Part shown: positions 7,924-17,603 of the stretch, one piece after another
How the letters are laid out: each line of letters begins with the position of its first letter
Numbering within the stretch: position 1 is the first letter of the stretch
Source: a virus
IMG/VR virus record: IMGVR_UViG_3300045988_153867
DNA length: 46,037 nucleotides
Reading direction: 5' to 3' (one strand)
Notes under the pieces: generated by a model
Told to the model about the DNA's origin: nothing
What the model saw: the letters and a program-made list of their open reading frames with translations, nothing else
The model's database searches: none
Position numbers and translations under genes: made by a program

Positions 7924-7935
7924 GGAGCGATAACA

Positions 7936-8151
7936 ATGGGAATTTTCAAGAAAGTATTTGGTGGTGGCAGTATTAGAATGCCTGAGGTTGTTGAAACGCC
8001 TCCGGCTCCTACGACAGTGACCAGTACAGAGACTGGAACAGAAACAGATCCGGCAAAGAAAAATAAAAGGCGCGGGTTTGCTTCCACTCAAGTGTCTACT
8101 GATCGTAATACTATTGCAGGCAGCAGTTCTGGAAGAAAAACTTTAGGTTAG
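7936..8151 (+). CDS. Small Thr/Pro-rich hypothetical protein
   Basis: ORF track frame between terL and the portal gene. Confidence 0.45.
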   Translation: MGIFKKVFGGGSIRMPEVVETPPAPTTVTSTETGTETDPAKKNKRRGFASTQVSTDRNTIAGSSSGRKTLG

Positions 8152-8161
8152 GAGTTTGAAA

Positions 8162-9964
8162 ATGGCTAAAGCTAAAGTAAAGCAGAAAGAAATTGAAACA
8201 ATTGCGGCACGAGCGCCTGCGGAAACGCACCCGTCAGACGGACCATCTTTAAAAAGCCACTGGCCAGAAAAAAGAAAATTAGTTAGAAAGATGCGAGATC
8301 TTTATGAAAAACGGCTTGATTATGAAATCCGTTGGAAAGAGATTAGAGATTATCAGCTGCCGTTTATAGGTGAATTTGATAATACGGCTGACAAAACTAA
8401 TCCTGCCCGCAGACGTGATTTGAAAATAGCCCAGGGGGTTGCATGGCTGGCTGCACAAATATTTGCTGCAGGCGTAATGAGTGGTTTAACTCCGCCTAGT
8501 CGCCAGTGGTTCAAATTAGGCTTTAGCAATAGCGCTATGAGTGGCGATATTGAAGCTACAAGAGTACTGGACATAAGGCAGGAAATTGTAGCCGCGGTGC
8601 TTTCAAAAAGTAATTTTTATAACAGCATACATTCAGTATATCTTGAATTGCCATTTGGACAATGCCCAATGGCAATTTTTTATGACCCAAATACAGGCAT
8701 TAGATGCGTTCCTATGACTATAGGGACTTATGCGCTTGGTGTAGATGGGTTTGGAAAAGTACAGACATTCGCACGCAAGTATGAAATGACATTATCACAG
8801 ATTGTAGATTGTTTCGGCAGTGAAAGTTTGCCGCAACATCTGCAGCAGCAGGTAGCCAATGGCACCGGACTTGATAAAAAACATACTGTAAATTGGCTTG
8901 TAGAACCAAATGACAAACGGCTTCCAGGATATATGGATAGGTTGAATATGCCTTATAGGTCAGTTTATTGGCTTGATAAGTCACAGGATAATGAATTTCT
9001 ATATGTAGGTGGATTCGAAGAATGGGCTATACCAGTTGCAAGGTATCTCGTCAATGGTCTTGAGCCGTATGCCAAAGGACCAGGGTGGTTCGCCGAAGGT
9101 GACAGTAAGTCTCTTCAAATGATGAAAAAAGACTTGCTGACAGCCATTGAACTTGGAGTTAAGCCACCGATGAAAGGCCCGGCTTCGCTGCTGAACAATG
9201 GTGGTATCAATCTTATCCCTGGAGGAATGACCGCTGTAGACGATCAGGCACAGCAGTTTGTTCAGCCGCTATTCCAGATCAATTTAGATATTGACCATGC
9301 TTCACAGGAGATCATTCGCACGGAGGATGCAATCAAAAGGCATTATAGTGCAGATTTGTTCTTGATGCTGGATAGTGTAGATAACGGGCAGATGACAGCA
9401 CGTGAGGTTATGGAGCGCACACAGGAAAAATTACAACAACTTGGTCCTGTGGTGGAACGTCTGCAGGATGAGTTTCTAACGCCAATCATTGTAAGGATAT
9501 ATAACATCCTTGAAAGAGCAGGAGCTTTCCCTCCGATACCGCCTGAAATTCAGGACCGCATAAGTAATGAGGATATCAAAATTGAGTATATTTCTCCGCT
9601 GGCACAGGCACAGAAAATGAGTGGGCTTGTTAATATTGAGCAGGCTCTTGCTACTACGCTGCAGATGGCGCAGGCTTGGCCAGAGGTGCTAAAAAAAGTT
9701 GATCCTATTGGAACTTTGTCCAAATATTTTGAAATGCTTGGCGCTCCTGCCGCTATGCAACGTAGTGATGATGACGTTAAAAAGCTCATTGAGCAGGAGC
9801 AGCAGGCGTTACAAGAGCAGCAGCAGGCACAGGAAGCAATGGCTCTTATGCAGGCAGCAGCACCGGCAGCGCAGGCTGCAAAAAACATGACTGAGGCTGC
9901 AAATGACGGAAATCCGGCAATGGCAGCTTGGCTTGGTATGGGAGGTGGTGCAGGTGGTGTATAA
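8162..9964 (+). CDS. Portal (head-tail connector) protein, podovirus-type
   Basis: About 600 aa, placed after terL and before scaffold and capsid. ATG sits 7 nt after AGGAG. The C-terminus is Q/A-rich. Confidence 0.8.
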   Translation: MAKAKVKQKEIETIAARAPAETHPSDGPSLKSHWPEKRKLVRKMRDLYEKRLDYEIRWKEIRDYQLPFIGEFDNTADKTNPARRRDLKIAQGVAWLAAQIFAAGVMSGLTPPSRQWFKLGFSNSAMSGDIEATRVLDIRQEIVAAVLSKSNFYNSIHSVYLELPFGQCPMAIFYDPNTGIRCVPMTIGTYALGVDGFGKVQTFARKYEMTLSQIVDCFGSESLPQHLQQQVANGTGLDKKHTVNWLVEPNDKRLPGYMDRLNMPYRSVYWLDKSQDNEFLYVGGFEEWAIPVARYLVNGLEPYAKGPGWFAEGDSKSLQMMKKDLLTAIELGVKPPMKGPASLLNNGGINLIPGGMTAVDDQAQQFVQPLFQINLDIDHASQEIIRTEDAIKRHYSADLFLMLDSVDNGQMTAREVMERTQEKLQQLGPVVERLQDEFLTPIIVRIYNILERAGAFPPIPPEIQDRISNEDIKIEYISPLAQAQKMSGLVNIEQALATTLQMAQAWPEVLKKVDPIGTLSKYFEMLGAPAAMQRSDDDVKKLIEQEQQALQEQQQAQEAMALMQAAAPAAQAAKNMTEAANDGNPAMAAWLGMGGGAGGV

Positions 9965-10316
9965 GTCGATTACAGACCAAAACAGCAGGCAAGCAAAATT
10001 GCAGGAGTTTTTCTATAGAGAACTTCAAAAACGCGATCAAGATGCGCTGCTGACCATCTTAAATAGCGAAAGCGGACGCTGGTTTTTAATGCGGTTGCTG
10101 GACAAAACAAAAGTTAATGCGGATAACTTCACTGGTAATTCGCAGACCTTTTATAACGAGGGCATGCGAAAAGTTGGTTTATTGATCCTAAACGATATTC
10201 AAAATCTTGGTATCACTGGAGTAAAGCTCAAACAAAAAGCTGAGCTTGAATATATAAATACTCAAATCAAGGCACAGAAAATAGTTGCCGAACAATTGGA
10301 AGGAGACGATGAATAA
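9954..10316 (+). CDS. Conserved head-module protein (Bbp19-like?)
   Basis: GTG sits 5 nt after GGAGGTGG. The SESGRWFLMRLL...FTGNSQTFYNEGMRKVG motif is recalled from BPP-1-like phages. The start codon is uncertain. Confidence 0.5.
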   Translation: MVYKSITDQNSRQAKLQEFFYRELQKRDQDALLTILNSESGRWFLMRLLDKTKVNADNFTGNSQTFYNEGMRKVGLLILNDIQNLGITGVKLKQKAELEYINTQIKAQKIVAEQLEGDDE

Positions 10317-10954
10317 TGGAAGATGAAATCAACACAAGTGCCAACGATAACACGCAGGGCACAGAAACAGTTGAGCAGCAAGAGGACACACAGCATGAAA
10401 CACAATCTCAGGATACCCTTCTTGGGGGTAAAGCAGAAACCCAATCTCAGGAAAACGCTGAACAGATCGCTTATGACTTTAAAGAAACTGTTTCCGCTAT
10501 GGGGGATTTTGAGTTCAGCCAGGAAGAAAGCGATAAGTTTGTAGAGGTTATTAAGGATATGGGACTTAACAACGAGCAGGCGAACGCTATCGTTAAGTAT
10601 GGCGGTGAGTGGGGGAAGGGTATTGCAGAAGCTGCTATGACCGCTGTTATCGAACAGCGAAATGCAGAAATCCAAAACTGGGGCGAGACGGCAAAAAAAG
10701 AGCTCGGAACAGAGTTTGATAGTACAATCAATCTTTGCGGTCTTGCGGTGGAACATGTAGAGAAAGCTGTTCCGGGTATCAGACAGGCATTAAACGAAAC
10801 AGGCGCAGGTAACAGAATTGAAGTTATCCGCGCTTTTTCTATGCTCGGAAGGCTGTTGGAAAGCGATCCTGGCAAAGGTGTTGGTGCTCCTGTTGCACAG
10901 AGGAATAGTCTTGAAAAATTCTATGACAAAACAGATTTTACTAAATTAAAATAA
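10316..10954 (+). CDS. Scaffolding protein
   Basis: Acidic, helical, 212 aa, immediately upstream of the major capsid gene. Confidence 0.6.
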   Translation: MEDEINTSANDNTQGTETVEQQEDTQHETQSQDTLLGGKAETQSQENAEQIAYDFKETVSAMGDFEFSQEESDKFVEVIKDMGLNNEQANAIVKYGGEWGKGIAEAAMTAVIEQRNAEIQNWGETAKKELGTEFDSTINLCGLAVEHVEKAVPGIRQALNETGAGNRIEVIRAFSMLGRLLESDPGKGVGAPVAQRNSLEKFYDKTDFTKLK

Positions 10955-10971
10955 GAGAGGATGAATGAATA

Positions 10972-11976
10972 ATGGCAGTTTTAAATCAACTAGCTTATAC
11001 TTTGGCTGACTGGAGAGGTAGACTCGATCCATCTGGGAATGTAGATGATATCATTGAAGTCTTATCTCAATCCAATCCAATTTTAGAAGAAATGACCTTT
11101 ATGGAAGGAAATCTTCCTACTGGCATCGTGACTACTCAGCGTACAAAAGTTCCTGAACCTTCTATCCGCCGTATTAATACCGGTGTTCCTTATAAAAAGA
11201 GTGGGGTAAAGCAAATCAACGATACGACTACTTTATACGAAAACCGTAATAAGATGGACGTAGAGCTTTTGCGTTTGCAGAATGACCCTGCTGCTTTTCG
11301 CTACAGTGAAGATTTAGCATTTGTAGCTGGCTTTGGCGACCGTATTGCTAAAGATGTTATTTATGGCGGACTTAGCGAGGTTCCGGATGAATTTAACGGA
11401 TTCGATATCAGACATCGTTATTTTGGCAATGGTGATGATCCGACAGCTGAGGGTTATACTACTCTTAATGCTGGCGGTGGTTCTAAGAATACCTCTATTT
11501 ACTTCGTAAACTGGGGTGAGCGTACCTGTTCTGGCGTGTTCCCTAAAAATGGCAGCGCTGGTCTGAAAAAAGAAGATCTGGGACAACAAACTACCATGGC
11601 AGATGATGGAACTGAATTTGAAGCAATGATTACGAAATGGACCTGGAATGTAGGGCTGACTATTCGCGATTACAGAGCTGTCGGAGCTATTCGTAATATT
11701 GATGCAGCACAGTTTGCATCTGCAACTTCTGCTCAAAAACAGAAGATTATTGAAAATGTTATTCGGGTCCATGACCGACTGAGAAACCCTGACAGTGTTA
11801 TGATGTACTGCTCTCGCAGCATGTATACGCTGTTCAAGTTGTGCTTGATCGATAAAAATAATGTCCATGTTGAGATGGAAACGCTGGCTAATGGCATTAA
11901 AGTATTAAATGTAGATGGCATGCGTGTGCGTAAACTTGACTGCATTCGTGAAGACGAAGCTAAAATTGAAGCATAA
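10972..11976 (+). CDS. Major capsid protein
   Basis: 334 aa with a strong RBS, positioned after the scaffold gene. Confidence 0.8.
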   Translation: MAVLNQLAYTLADWRGRLDPSGNVDDIIEVLSQSNPILEEMTFMEGNLPTGIVTTQRTKVPEPSIRRINTGVPYKKSGVKQINDTTTLYENRNKMDVELLRLQNDPAAFRYSEDLAFVAGFGDRIAKDVIYGGLSEVPDEFNGFDIRHRYFGNGDDPTAEGYTTLNAGGGSKNTSIYFVNWGERTCSGVFPKNGSAGLKKEDLGQQTTMADDGTEFEAMITKWTWNVGLTIRDYRAVGAIRNIDAAQFASATSAQKQKIIENVIRVHDRLRNPDSVMMYCSRSMYTLFKLCLIDKNNVHVEMETLANGIKVLNVDGMRVRKLDCIREDEAKIEA

Positions 11977-11989
11977 GGAGTGAAGAATA

Positions 11990-12352
11990 ATGAGATTAGA
12001 CAAGGAAAATATTTTCTTTGAGAAACCTGCTGCAGAATTAGTTGATGGTGTTCTCGGTGATGTTATCGCTATGGGTGGCGGTGACAGCATTAATCCGATG
12101 TGGCTTTATGTAGGGCCGAAGCTTGAAAGCGGCAGCGTTGCTTTGACATTGGAGACTGCTGATGATGAGGAGTTCAGCGAGGCTGTAGCACTGGGAAGTT
12201 TTACACTTGACGAAAAGGCACCTGTGAGAGCTAAGGTGCCTTTGGGAGTAAAAAAATATCTGCGCATTAAGGCCAGTGAATCCAGTACTCCTACTAATGC
12301 AACGGCTGCTAAAATTGTTGCAGCTCTTGCTGTGGATGTTGATTTTAAATGA
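11990..12352 (+). CDS. Possible capsid decoration or cement protein
   Basis: 120-aa ORF directly after the capsid gene. Function is inferred from position. Confidence 0.45.
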   Translation: MRLDKENIFFEKPAAELVDGVLGDVIAMGGGDSINPMWLYVGPKLESGSVALTLETADDEEFSEAVALGSFTLDEKAPVRAKVPLGVKKYLRIKASESSTPTNATAAKIVAALAVDVDFK

Positions 12353-12510
12353 TTTTATATAGTAACGGCAAGACGGTTATACCTGGCAGAAGGCTTGAAG
12401 ATATGTCAGCCAATGAATTGAGAGTTAAGCTCTATAATGCTGATATTAAATATCCGGTAAATGCCAGCAAACAAGATTTAATCAGGCTTATTAGAGAAAA
12501 TATTAAATAA
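12349..12510 (+). CDS. Small protein with an HeH/SAP-like motif, 53 aa
   Basis: ATGA overlap with the upstream ORF. The segment MSANELRVKLYNADIKYPVNASKQDLIRLI resembles a Rho-N/HeH fold motif. Confidence 0.4.
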   Translation: MILYSNGKTVIPGRRLEDMSANELRVKLYNADIKYPVNASKQDLIRLIRENIK

Positions 12511-12548
12511 CACCTATATAGTCATGTGACGGCTATGTACAAGCACTT

Positions 12549-12578
12549 AGGGACGTCTTAAAGGCGTCCCTATTTTAA
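12549..12578 (+). terminator. Rho-independent terminator after the head module
   Basis: AGGGACG-loop-CGTCCCT stem followed by ATTTTAAT. Confidence 0.65.
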
Positions 12579-12611
12579 TAAAGAGGAAAATAACATGGAG
12601 GTGTTTCCGTG

Positions 12612-13202
12612 ATGAATAATACAGATATTTGTAATATGGCCTTGGCTTATTTAGCCAAAGGCCGCATTTCTTCTATTGATGAGAATAACGAACTTGCAAG
12701 GCAGTGTAAGTTGTTTTATGACCATAGCAGAAAAGAACTATTGCGAGAATACAGTTGGGGATTTGCTAAGAGGATTATCAGACTTGCAGAACTGGATGCT
12801 TTAAATCCTGATTGGAAGTATGTGTATGCATATCCAGAGAAATGTGTATGTGCAAGGCGCATATTTAATGAAAAAGAAAATGTAAGCAGTTTAGAGAGGG
12901 ACAAGTATGATTTGTTCTTGGTTAACGACAATACGCAGGCTATCGGCTGCAACGTATATCAGGCATATTTAGAGTATACTTATGATGCAGAAAATGCAGA
13001 ACTTTTTAGCTCGGATTTTACAGAGGCGCTGGCAAGAATGCTGGCCTTTAATATTTGCTTGCAGTTAAATGGTAATGGAACTATCCAACAAACACAGTAT
13101 CAGCTGGCACAGGCTGCATTAAGCAGAGCAAAATATACCACAGCAGCTGAACGTCAGGATAAGCTGGATTACCCTGACAATTATTTCGCTGCGAGGATGT
13201 GA
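12612..13202 (+). CDS. Tail tubular protein A-like adaptor (T7 gp11-like)
   Basis: 197 aa. The N-terminal CNMALAYLAKGRISSIDENNELARQCKLFYD...EYSWGFA pattern and its position before a very large tail gene support the call. Confidence 0.6.
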   Translation: MNNTDICNMALAYLAKGRISSIDENNELARQCKLFYDHSRKELLREYSWGFAKRIIRLAELDALNPDWKYVYAYPEKCVCARRIFNEKENVSSLERDKYDLFLVNDNTQAIGCNVYQAYLEYTYDAENAELFSSDFTEALARMLAFNICLQLNGNGTIQQTQYQLAQAALSRAKYTTAAERQDKLDYPDNYFAARM

Positions 13203-13206
13203 TATT

Positions 13207-15975
13207 ATGGCTAGAGGAAGCGGACCGAATCCTTTTTATGTACTGCAGCCTGCATTTACTGCAGGTGAGATATCTAATGCTGTTGCTAATCGTGTCGATT
13301 TGGATAAATATCAATATGCTCTTTTGACTGCTGAAAATTGTTATATTCGTCCTTATGGTCCTGCGTATCGTCGTAGTGGTACGGTTTACTGCATTGCTAC
13401 CAAATATGCTGATAAAAGGTGTATTCTGGCTGGATTTAATTTTACTGATGATATTAATTATCTGCTTGAAATAGGCGATCAGTATATTCGGATCCACAGA
13501 AATGGGAAGTATTTAGGGATAGAAATAGTAACGCCTTTTACAGAAGCTGATTTGGAAAAATTGAGATTTGCTCAGTCAGCAGATGTTATATATATCACAA
13601 GCGGGAATTATCCGGTAAAACAACTGGCTAGATATAGCGAAGATGATTGGAAGTTTGGCGATTTTGAAATTACTCATGCTTATTTTGAAGATGAGGTAAC
13701 TATGGATTTGGTTGAGAGTACTGTTTACACGGCGCCTGGCAATTATACGTATACAGTCCCGAAAGATGGCCGTTATACAATAGAAGTAGCTGGTGGCGGT
13801 GGTGGCGGCAGTGGTGTAGCCAGAAAAGCAAGTGATAAGCAAAGTTCAGGTGGCACAGGTGGTCGTGGTGGTTTTTACAGTTTTGAGATGGATTTGACCG
13901 AAGGTGATAGTTTCCCTGTAACTGTGGGAGCTGGTGGCAAAGGTGGTGCTGTGCATTATGGAGCTGGTTACGGTAATGCTGGTGGCAACGGTGGAAGCAG
14001 CAGCGCTTTTGGTTGGGTAGCTCAAGGTGGTGGTGGGGCTACTGCAGCGTATTCGGAAGAACATGGTGCAAAGAACGGAAGCGACGGAACCAACTATGGT
14101 AATGGTGGCATTGGTGGGAAGAAAGGTGTTGCTTATGATGAAAATAACCTTTCCGGAACAGATGGCTCTAACGGCTGGGTTACTATAGCGTTTCAGGATA
14201 ATCCAAAGGTTACGCCGTCCAGCACAACAGGTACTGTAACCATTACAAGCAATAGACCGATTTTCAACGAAGGGCTGATTGATGGTAACATCAGGCTGAC
14301 GCACGAGGTAGAATCTTTTTCAGTAGAATTGAATTTGAAGGACAATGCTACTGGAACTACTGGCGCTGTTGTAGTGGGAGAAAGTTGGAAAGTTATTTCT
14401 GGCGGTTCCTGGACCGGAAGTTTCCAAATACAAAAAAGTGAAGATGGTACTACATGGAAAGAATACCGTAAATATTCAAGCACAAACAATTTTAATCCTA
14501 CTGAAAGCGGGACAGTAACAGACACTACCTATTTGAGAATAGAGGCGTCTATAACGAGCGGTGATTTGACTGTAACACTAACCGCTCTTCCTTATACTAA
14601 AGATGGTACAGCAAAAATAATTAGCTATATCGATGAATATAATATTAAGGCAATGGTAAATGAGCCGTTTGGGTCTACCGAAAGTACAACTACTTATGCT
14701 TTCGGAGCATGGGACAGCAATTTCGGCTATCCAAAAACAGTATGCTTTTTTCAAGACAGACTTTGTTTTGGTGGAAATAACAAAAGGCCTTATATGGTTT
14801 GGATGTCAAAAAGCGGGGATTATCCTAATTTTGGCGTGGAGAAGGTTAGTGGGACGATAACGGACGACAGTGCTATTGCTGCATCATTTATCAGTAGAAA
14901 ACAGTTTGATATTTTACATTTGATCCCATCTGTTGACCTTCTTGTCTTAACACAAGGGAACGAATGGATCGTTTCTGGAAGCGAGGTTGTAACACCAACA
15001 AATATCACACCCAAAATGCAAACTACGAGAGGCTGCAGTAATTGCGAGCCACTTACAATCGGCAATAGGATTGTATTTGTACAGGGACGTGGTTCGACAG
15101 TTCGTGATATGGGCTACAGCTTTGAAACAGACAGTTATGGTGGCATGGAATTAACAATACTGGCAGGGCAAATTATAAAGGGGCTTTCTATTACCGATTC
15201 AGCTTATAAGCAGGAGCCGGACAGTATAATTTATTTCGTGCGTAGTGATGGCACGATCGCTTGCCTGTCTTATATAAGAGAGCAGGAAGTATACGCATGG
15301 TCCAGGATCATTACTGACGGCGAATTTGAAGCTGTCGTGAATATTCCAGAAGGGGACGAAGATAGTATCTACGCTGTTGTAAAACGTGTGGTAAATGGAG
15401 AGACGGTTCGCTATATTGAACGCTTTGATAATAATTATGATGGTGACAATCCGAATGATTATGTAATGCTGGACTGTGCTAAAAAATACGATATGGAGGA
15501 AGCAACAGATACTTTAACAGGACTGGGGCATCTTGCCGGTAATACAATTTCTGTGTTGGGAGATGGACGTGTATTGAGAAATTATACGGTGCAGGATGAT
15601 GGCACTGTTAAATTGCCGATACAAATTAAACGTGCAGTTGCAGGATTACCATATACTATGAATATCGAGCTTCCAAACATTGAAATCCAGTTACAGGACG
15701 GAACTATGCAGGGAAGATTTAAACAGGTCTCAGAAGCGATTTTACGAGTTGAGAATACTCTTGGCGGTGAAGTTGGCACCGAATTTGGGAATCAGGATGC
15801 TATCGCCTATGATGAATTTAGTATGACTGAAAATATGAAATTGTATAGTGGAGATAAAAAGGCTACTCCGCCGACAGGAGGGTTTGATCGAGACGGAAGG
15901 CTGTGCATTACAAGCAGTGAGCCGTACCCATTTAATTTATTAAGCGTAACAAGGCAGGTGACATTTGGTGGCTAA
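13207..15975 (+). CDS. Tail tubular protein B-like nozzle protein with an inserted glycine-rich domain
   Basis: 922 aa. Gene order parallels T7 gp11-gp12. A Gly-rich block lies at about 13735..14195. Confidence 0.55.
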   Translation: MARGSGPNPFYVLQPAFTAGEISNAVANRVDLDKYQYALLTAENCYIRPYGPAYRRSGTVYCIATKYADKRCILAGFNFTDDINYLLEIGDQYIRIHRNGKYLGIEIVTPFTEADLEKLRFAQSADVIYITSGNYPVKQLARYSEDDWKFGDFEITHAYFEDEVTMDLVESTVYTAPGNYTYTVPKDGRYTIEVAGGGGGGSGVARKASDKQSSGGTGGRGGFYSFEMDLTEGDSFPVTVGAGGKGGAVHYGAGYGNAGGNGGSSSAFGWVAQGGGGATAAYSEEHGAKNGSDGTNYGNGGIGGKKGVAYDENNLSGTDGSNGWVTIAFQDNPKVTPSSTTGTVTITSNRPIFNEGLIDGNIRLTHEVESFSVELNLKDNATGTTGAVVVGESWKVISGGSWTGSFQIQKSEDGTTWKEYRKYSSTNNFNPTESGTVTDTTYLRIEASITSGDLTVTLTALPYTKDGTAKIISYIDEYNIKAMVNEPFGSTESTTTYAFGAWDSNFGYPKTVCFFQDRLCFGGNNKRPYMVWMSKSGDYPNFGVEKVSGTITDDSAIAASFISRKQFDILHLIPSVDLLVLTQGNEWIVSGSEVVTPTNITPKMQTTRGCSNCEPLTIGNRIVFVQGRGSTVRDMGYSFETDSYGGMELTILAGQIIKGLSITDSAYKQEPDSIIYFVRSDGTIACLSYIREQEVYAWSRIITDGEFEAVVNIPEGDEDSIYAVVKRVVNGETVRYIERFDNNYDGDNPNDYVMLDCAKKYDMEEATDTLTGLGHLAGNTISVLGDGRVLRNYTVQDDGTVKLPIQIKRAVAGLPYTMNIELPNIEIQLQDGTMQGRFKQVSEAILRVENTLGGEVGTEFGNQDAIAYDEFSMTENMKLYSGDKKATPPTGGFDRDGRLCITSSEPYPFNLLSVTRQVTFGG

Positions 15976-16453
15976 AAAATACAAGGTTGAAGTAGCGGAT
16001 GTCGATAATGCAATAGAGATTGCTGCAGCGTTGCTGAAAGATTTGCGGGACAGCGACAGGCAGGAATTAGAAGCATACGATGAAGATGCAGTAATGCTGA
16101 TTGCCGGTAGTATTGAAAATGCAGAACATTGTTATATTTACAGGGATATGAAAGATAATATTCTTTGTATTGTAGGGTTAGCTGCTGTTTCCAGTGTTCC
16201 GGGCAAAGAAATTTGGATGTTGGGGACAAAAAGGATAAGCTGTTTCAAAAAAGAGCTACTTATTTGCGCTGCAAGGCTTCTAATCAAGAAATGGGTGCAA
16301 GAATATGGACGGCTTTATAATTATGTTTATAGTGGCAATTCTGCTTCGATACGGTGGCTTGCTAGACTTGGGGCAATGTTCCTGGCACCGATAAAAATAA
16401 AAAAGAACGGAAAAGAGTTTCTTCCGTTCGTAATTGAGGAGGGGAGTATATAA
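15965..16453 (+). CDS. Internal virion protein A-like (gp13-like, GNAT-like fold?)
   Basis: 162 aa. Position fits, and the C-terminal NSASIRWLARLGAMF motif is recalled from gp13-like proteins. Confidence 0.45.
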   Translation: MVAKKYKVEVADVDNAIEIAAALLKDLRDSDRQELEAYDEDAVMLIAGSIENAEHCYIYRDMKDNILCIVGLAAVSSVPGKEIWMLGTKRISCFKKELLICAARLLIKKWVQEYGRLYNYVYSGNSASIRWLARLGAMFLAPIKIKKNGKEFLPFVIEEGSI

Positions 16454-17103
16454 TGTGTATAGATCCAATGACATTAGGTATAGGGCTTACAGCATTACAG
16501 GGTGTATCTGCCATCTCGTCTACAAATCAGCAGGCTAAGGCACAGCAGGCGTATTATGATGCGCAGGCACAGGCTGCAGAACAAAATGCTGATATTCAGG
16601 CAAAGCGTGGTGAACAGATAGCAGAGCAATATGCTTATGAACAACAAAAGCTCAATGATAGACGCCGTATTGCGGCAGGTCAGCAGGCGGCCGCATTTGG
16701 TGCTGCCGGTATCAGCGGGGATATGGGTACAGCTCTTGACCTTAGTGATTCGAGCTTTAGAGCATATAGAAAAGACAGTAATCAGCTTTTAGGTAATCAG
16801 CGTAACGACCAGTGGAGCAACTATCTTGGTGTAGTGAATTATAAAAATCAGGCTAATGCGGCAAGAGCTTCTGCTTACAATGTTAAACAGCAGGCTAAGC
16901 AACAGAATATGGGTACTATTCTTGGAACGGCTGCGAACATTTTCAGCGTATATAACAATTTTGGCGGGAGCGGGAAAACTGGCGGAGCAGCCCAATCTTA
17001 TGGCAGAGGTGGTAATGGTTATGGTTGGGGTAACAGCGGTAATCTGACCTTTGGAAATTATAATCCCAAAAAATATGGGCTATACTATGGTAGTTTATTT
17101 TAA
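16453..17103 (+). CDS. Internal virion (core) protein, gp14-like
   Basis: N-terminal hydrophobic segment followed by the Q/A-rich stretch QQAKAQQAYYDAQAQAAEQNADIQAKRGEQIAEQYA, typical of gp14-family core proteins. Confidence 0.6.
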   Translation: MCIDPMTLGIGLTALQGVSAISSTNQQAKAQQAYYDAQAQAAEQNADIQAKRGEQIAEQYAYEQQKLNDRRRIAAGQQAAAFGAAGISGDMGTALDLSDSSFRAYRKDSNQLLGNQRNDQWSNYLGVVNYKNQANAARASAYNVKQQAKQQNMGTILGTAANIFSVYNNFGGSGKTGGAAQSYGRGGNGYGWGNSGNLTFGNYNPKKYGLYYGSLF

Positions 17104-17104
17104 C

Positions 17105-17133
17105 TTGCATTGATATGAAATGTATTATATAAT
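17105..17133 (+). promoter_or_regulatory. Near-consensus promoter P1 (TTGCAT-17-TATAAT)
   Basis: Hexamers and spacer counted by hand. It is followed by the conserved leader AAAyGAAAAGAGATAGCTTGA. Confidence 0.6.
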
Positions 17134-17139
17134 AAACGA

Positions 17140-17238
17140 AAAGAGATAGCTTGACGGGTAGTAGCGTCGGCTCATCTTGTAACAAATAGTACTTGAAAAC
17201 GAGCCCGCCAGCTAACCCTTGTGCAGGGCTTATTTTCT
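17140..17238 (+). ncRNA. Candidate small RNA 1 transcribed from P1
   Basis: Promoter plus a weak hairpin (AGCCC..GGGCT or CCCT..AGGG) followed by TATTTTCTT. No ORF with an RBS is present. Confidence 0.3.
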
Positions 17239-17248
17239 TGCTATTTTA

Positions 17249-17311
17249 CAGACTGTATCGGTATTAATTCGGACTGTATCGGGATTGAGTCAGACTGTGC
17301 TTGCATTAGTA
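17249..17311 (+). repeat. Three imperfect 21-bp tandem repeats (CAGACTGTATCGGTATTAATT-like) abutting and overlapping the P2 -35
   Basis: Units at 17249-17269, 17270-17290 and 17291-17311, aligned by eye. Confidence 0.7.
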
Positions 17312-17329
17312 CGGAATGTATTATATAAT
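17301..17329 (+). promoter_or_regulatory. Near-consensus promoter P2 (TTGCAT-17-TATAAT), a paralog of P1
   Basis: The block AATGTATTATATAATAAAyGAAAAGAGATAGCTTGA is shared with P1. Confidence 0.6.
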
Positions 17330-17335
17330 AAATGA

Positions 17336-17428
17336 AAAGAGATAGCTTGATATTGGCATGTCAGCTCTCTCCTGAAAAGTATAGACTTGAAGAAAAGGCC
17401 GACTACACCATTAGTTGGTCTTTTGTCT
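17336..17428 (+). ncRNA. Candidate small RNA 2 (putative antitoxin RNA), convergent with the toxin gene
   Basis: P2 promoter plus terminator GGCCGACT-loop-AGTTGGTC-TTTTGTCTT at 17397..17428. Confidence 0.4.
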
Positions 17429-17441
17429 TATGTAAGTAAAA

Positions 17442-17519
17442 TTACTTGCGATTAGACAAAATGATAGCAACGAGTGTACCAAAGGTTACCATCAAAGATA
17501 AGGCTTCGTATACAGTCAT
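17442..17519 (-). CDS. 25-aa hydrophobic peptide, Hol-Tox-like type I toxin candidate (MTVYEALSLMVTFGTLVAIILSNRK)
   Basis: Strong RBS GGGAGGTGA lies 4 nt upstream of the ATG. A single TM segment ends in basic residues. The YEALSLM..FG motif is recalled from the putative holin-like toxin family. Confidence 0.6.
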   Translation of the reverse strand: MTVYEALSLMVTFGTLVAIILSNRK

Positions 17520-17574
17520 GCTATCACCTCCCTTGACAGGGAGAGAATCCGACTATCAAACTATCTCGGACAAC

Positions 17575-17603
17575 ATTATAACACACCTTTAAGCGCTTAA
17601 CAA
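17575..17603 (-). promoter_or_regulatory. Promoter for the toxin mRNA (TTGTTA-17-TGtTATAAT, extended -10)
   Basis: Read on the reverse complement. The 5' UTR contains CTCCCT..AGGGAG pairing that would sequester the RBS. Confidence 0.55.

Noticed and set aside
9760-9964. Q/A-rich low-complexity stretch and overlapping ORFs (9699..9890 on +, 9550..9888 on -), considered as separate genes
   Set aside because: The stretch is the C-terminal tail of the portal ORF. The overlapping frames are repeat-driven artefacts.
10262-11868. Long minus-strand ORFs (10262..10756, 10471..10875, 11314..11868) inside the scaffold and capsid genes
   Set aside because: They are shadow ORFs antisense to well-supported structural genes. 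They have no RBS and odd composition. The same reasoning applies to 1549..2025, 13081..13497, 13846..14304, 25653..26075 and 44673..45020.
17105-17355. Two roughly 36-bp direct repeats about 196 bp apart, considered as a mini-CRISPR array
   Set aside because: There are only two copies. Each contains a full TTGCAT-17-TATAAT promoter, the spacing is not CRISPR-like, and no cas genes are present. They are interpreted as duplicated promoter-leader units.
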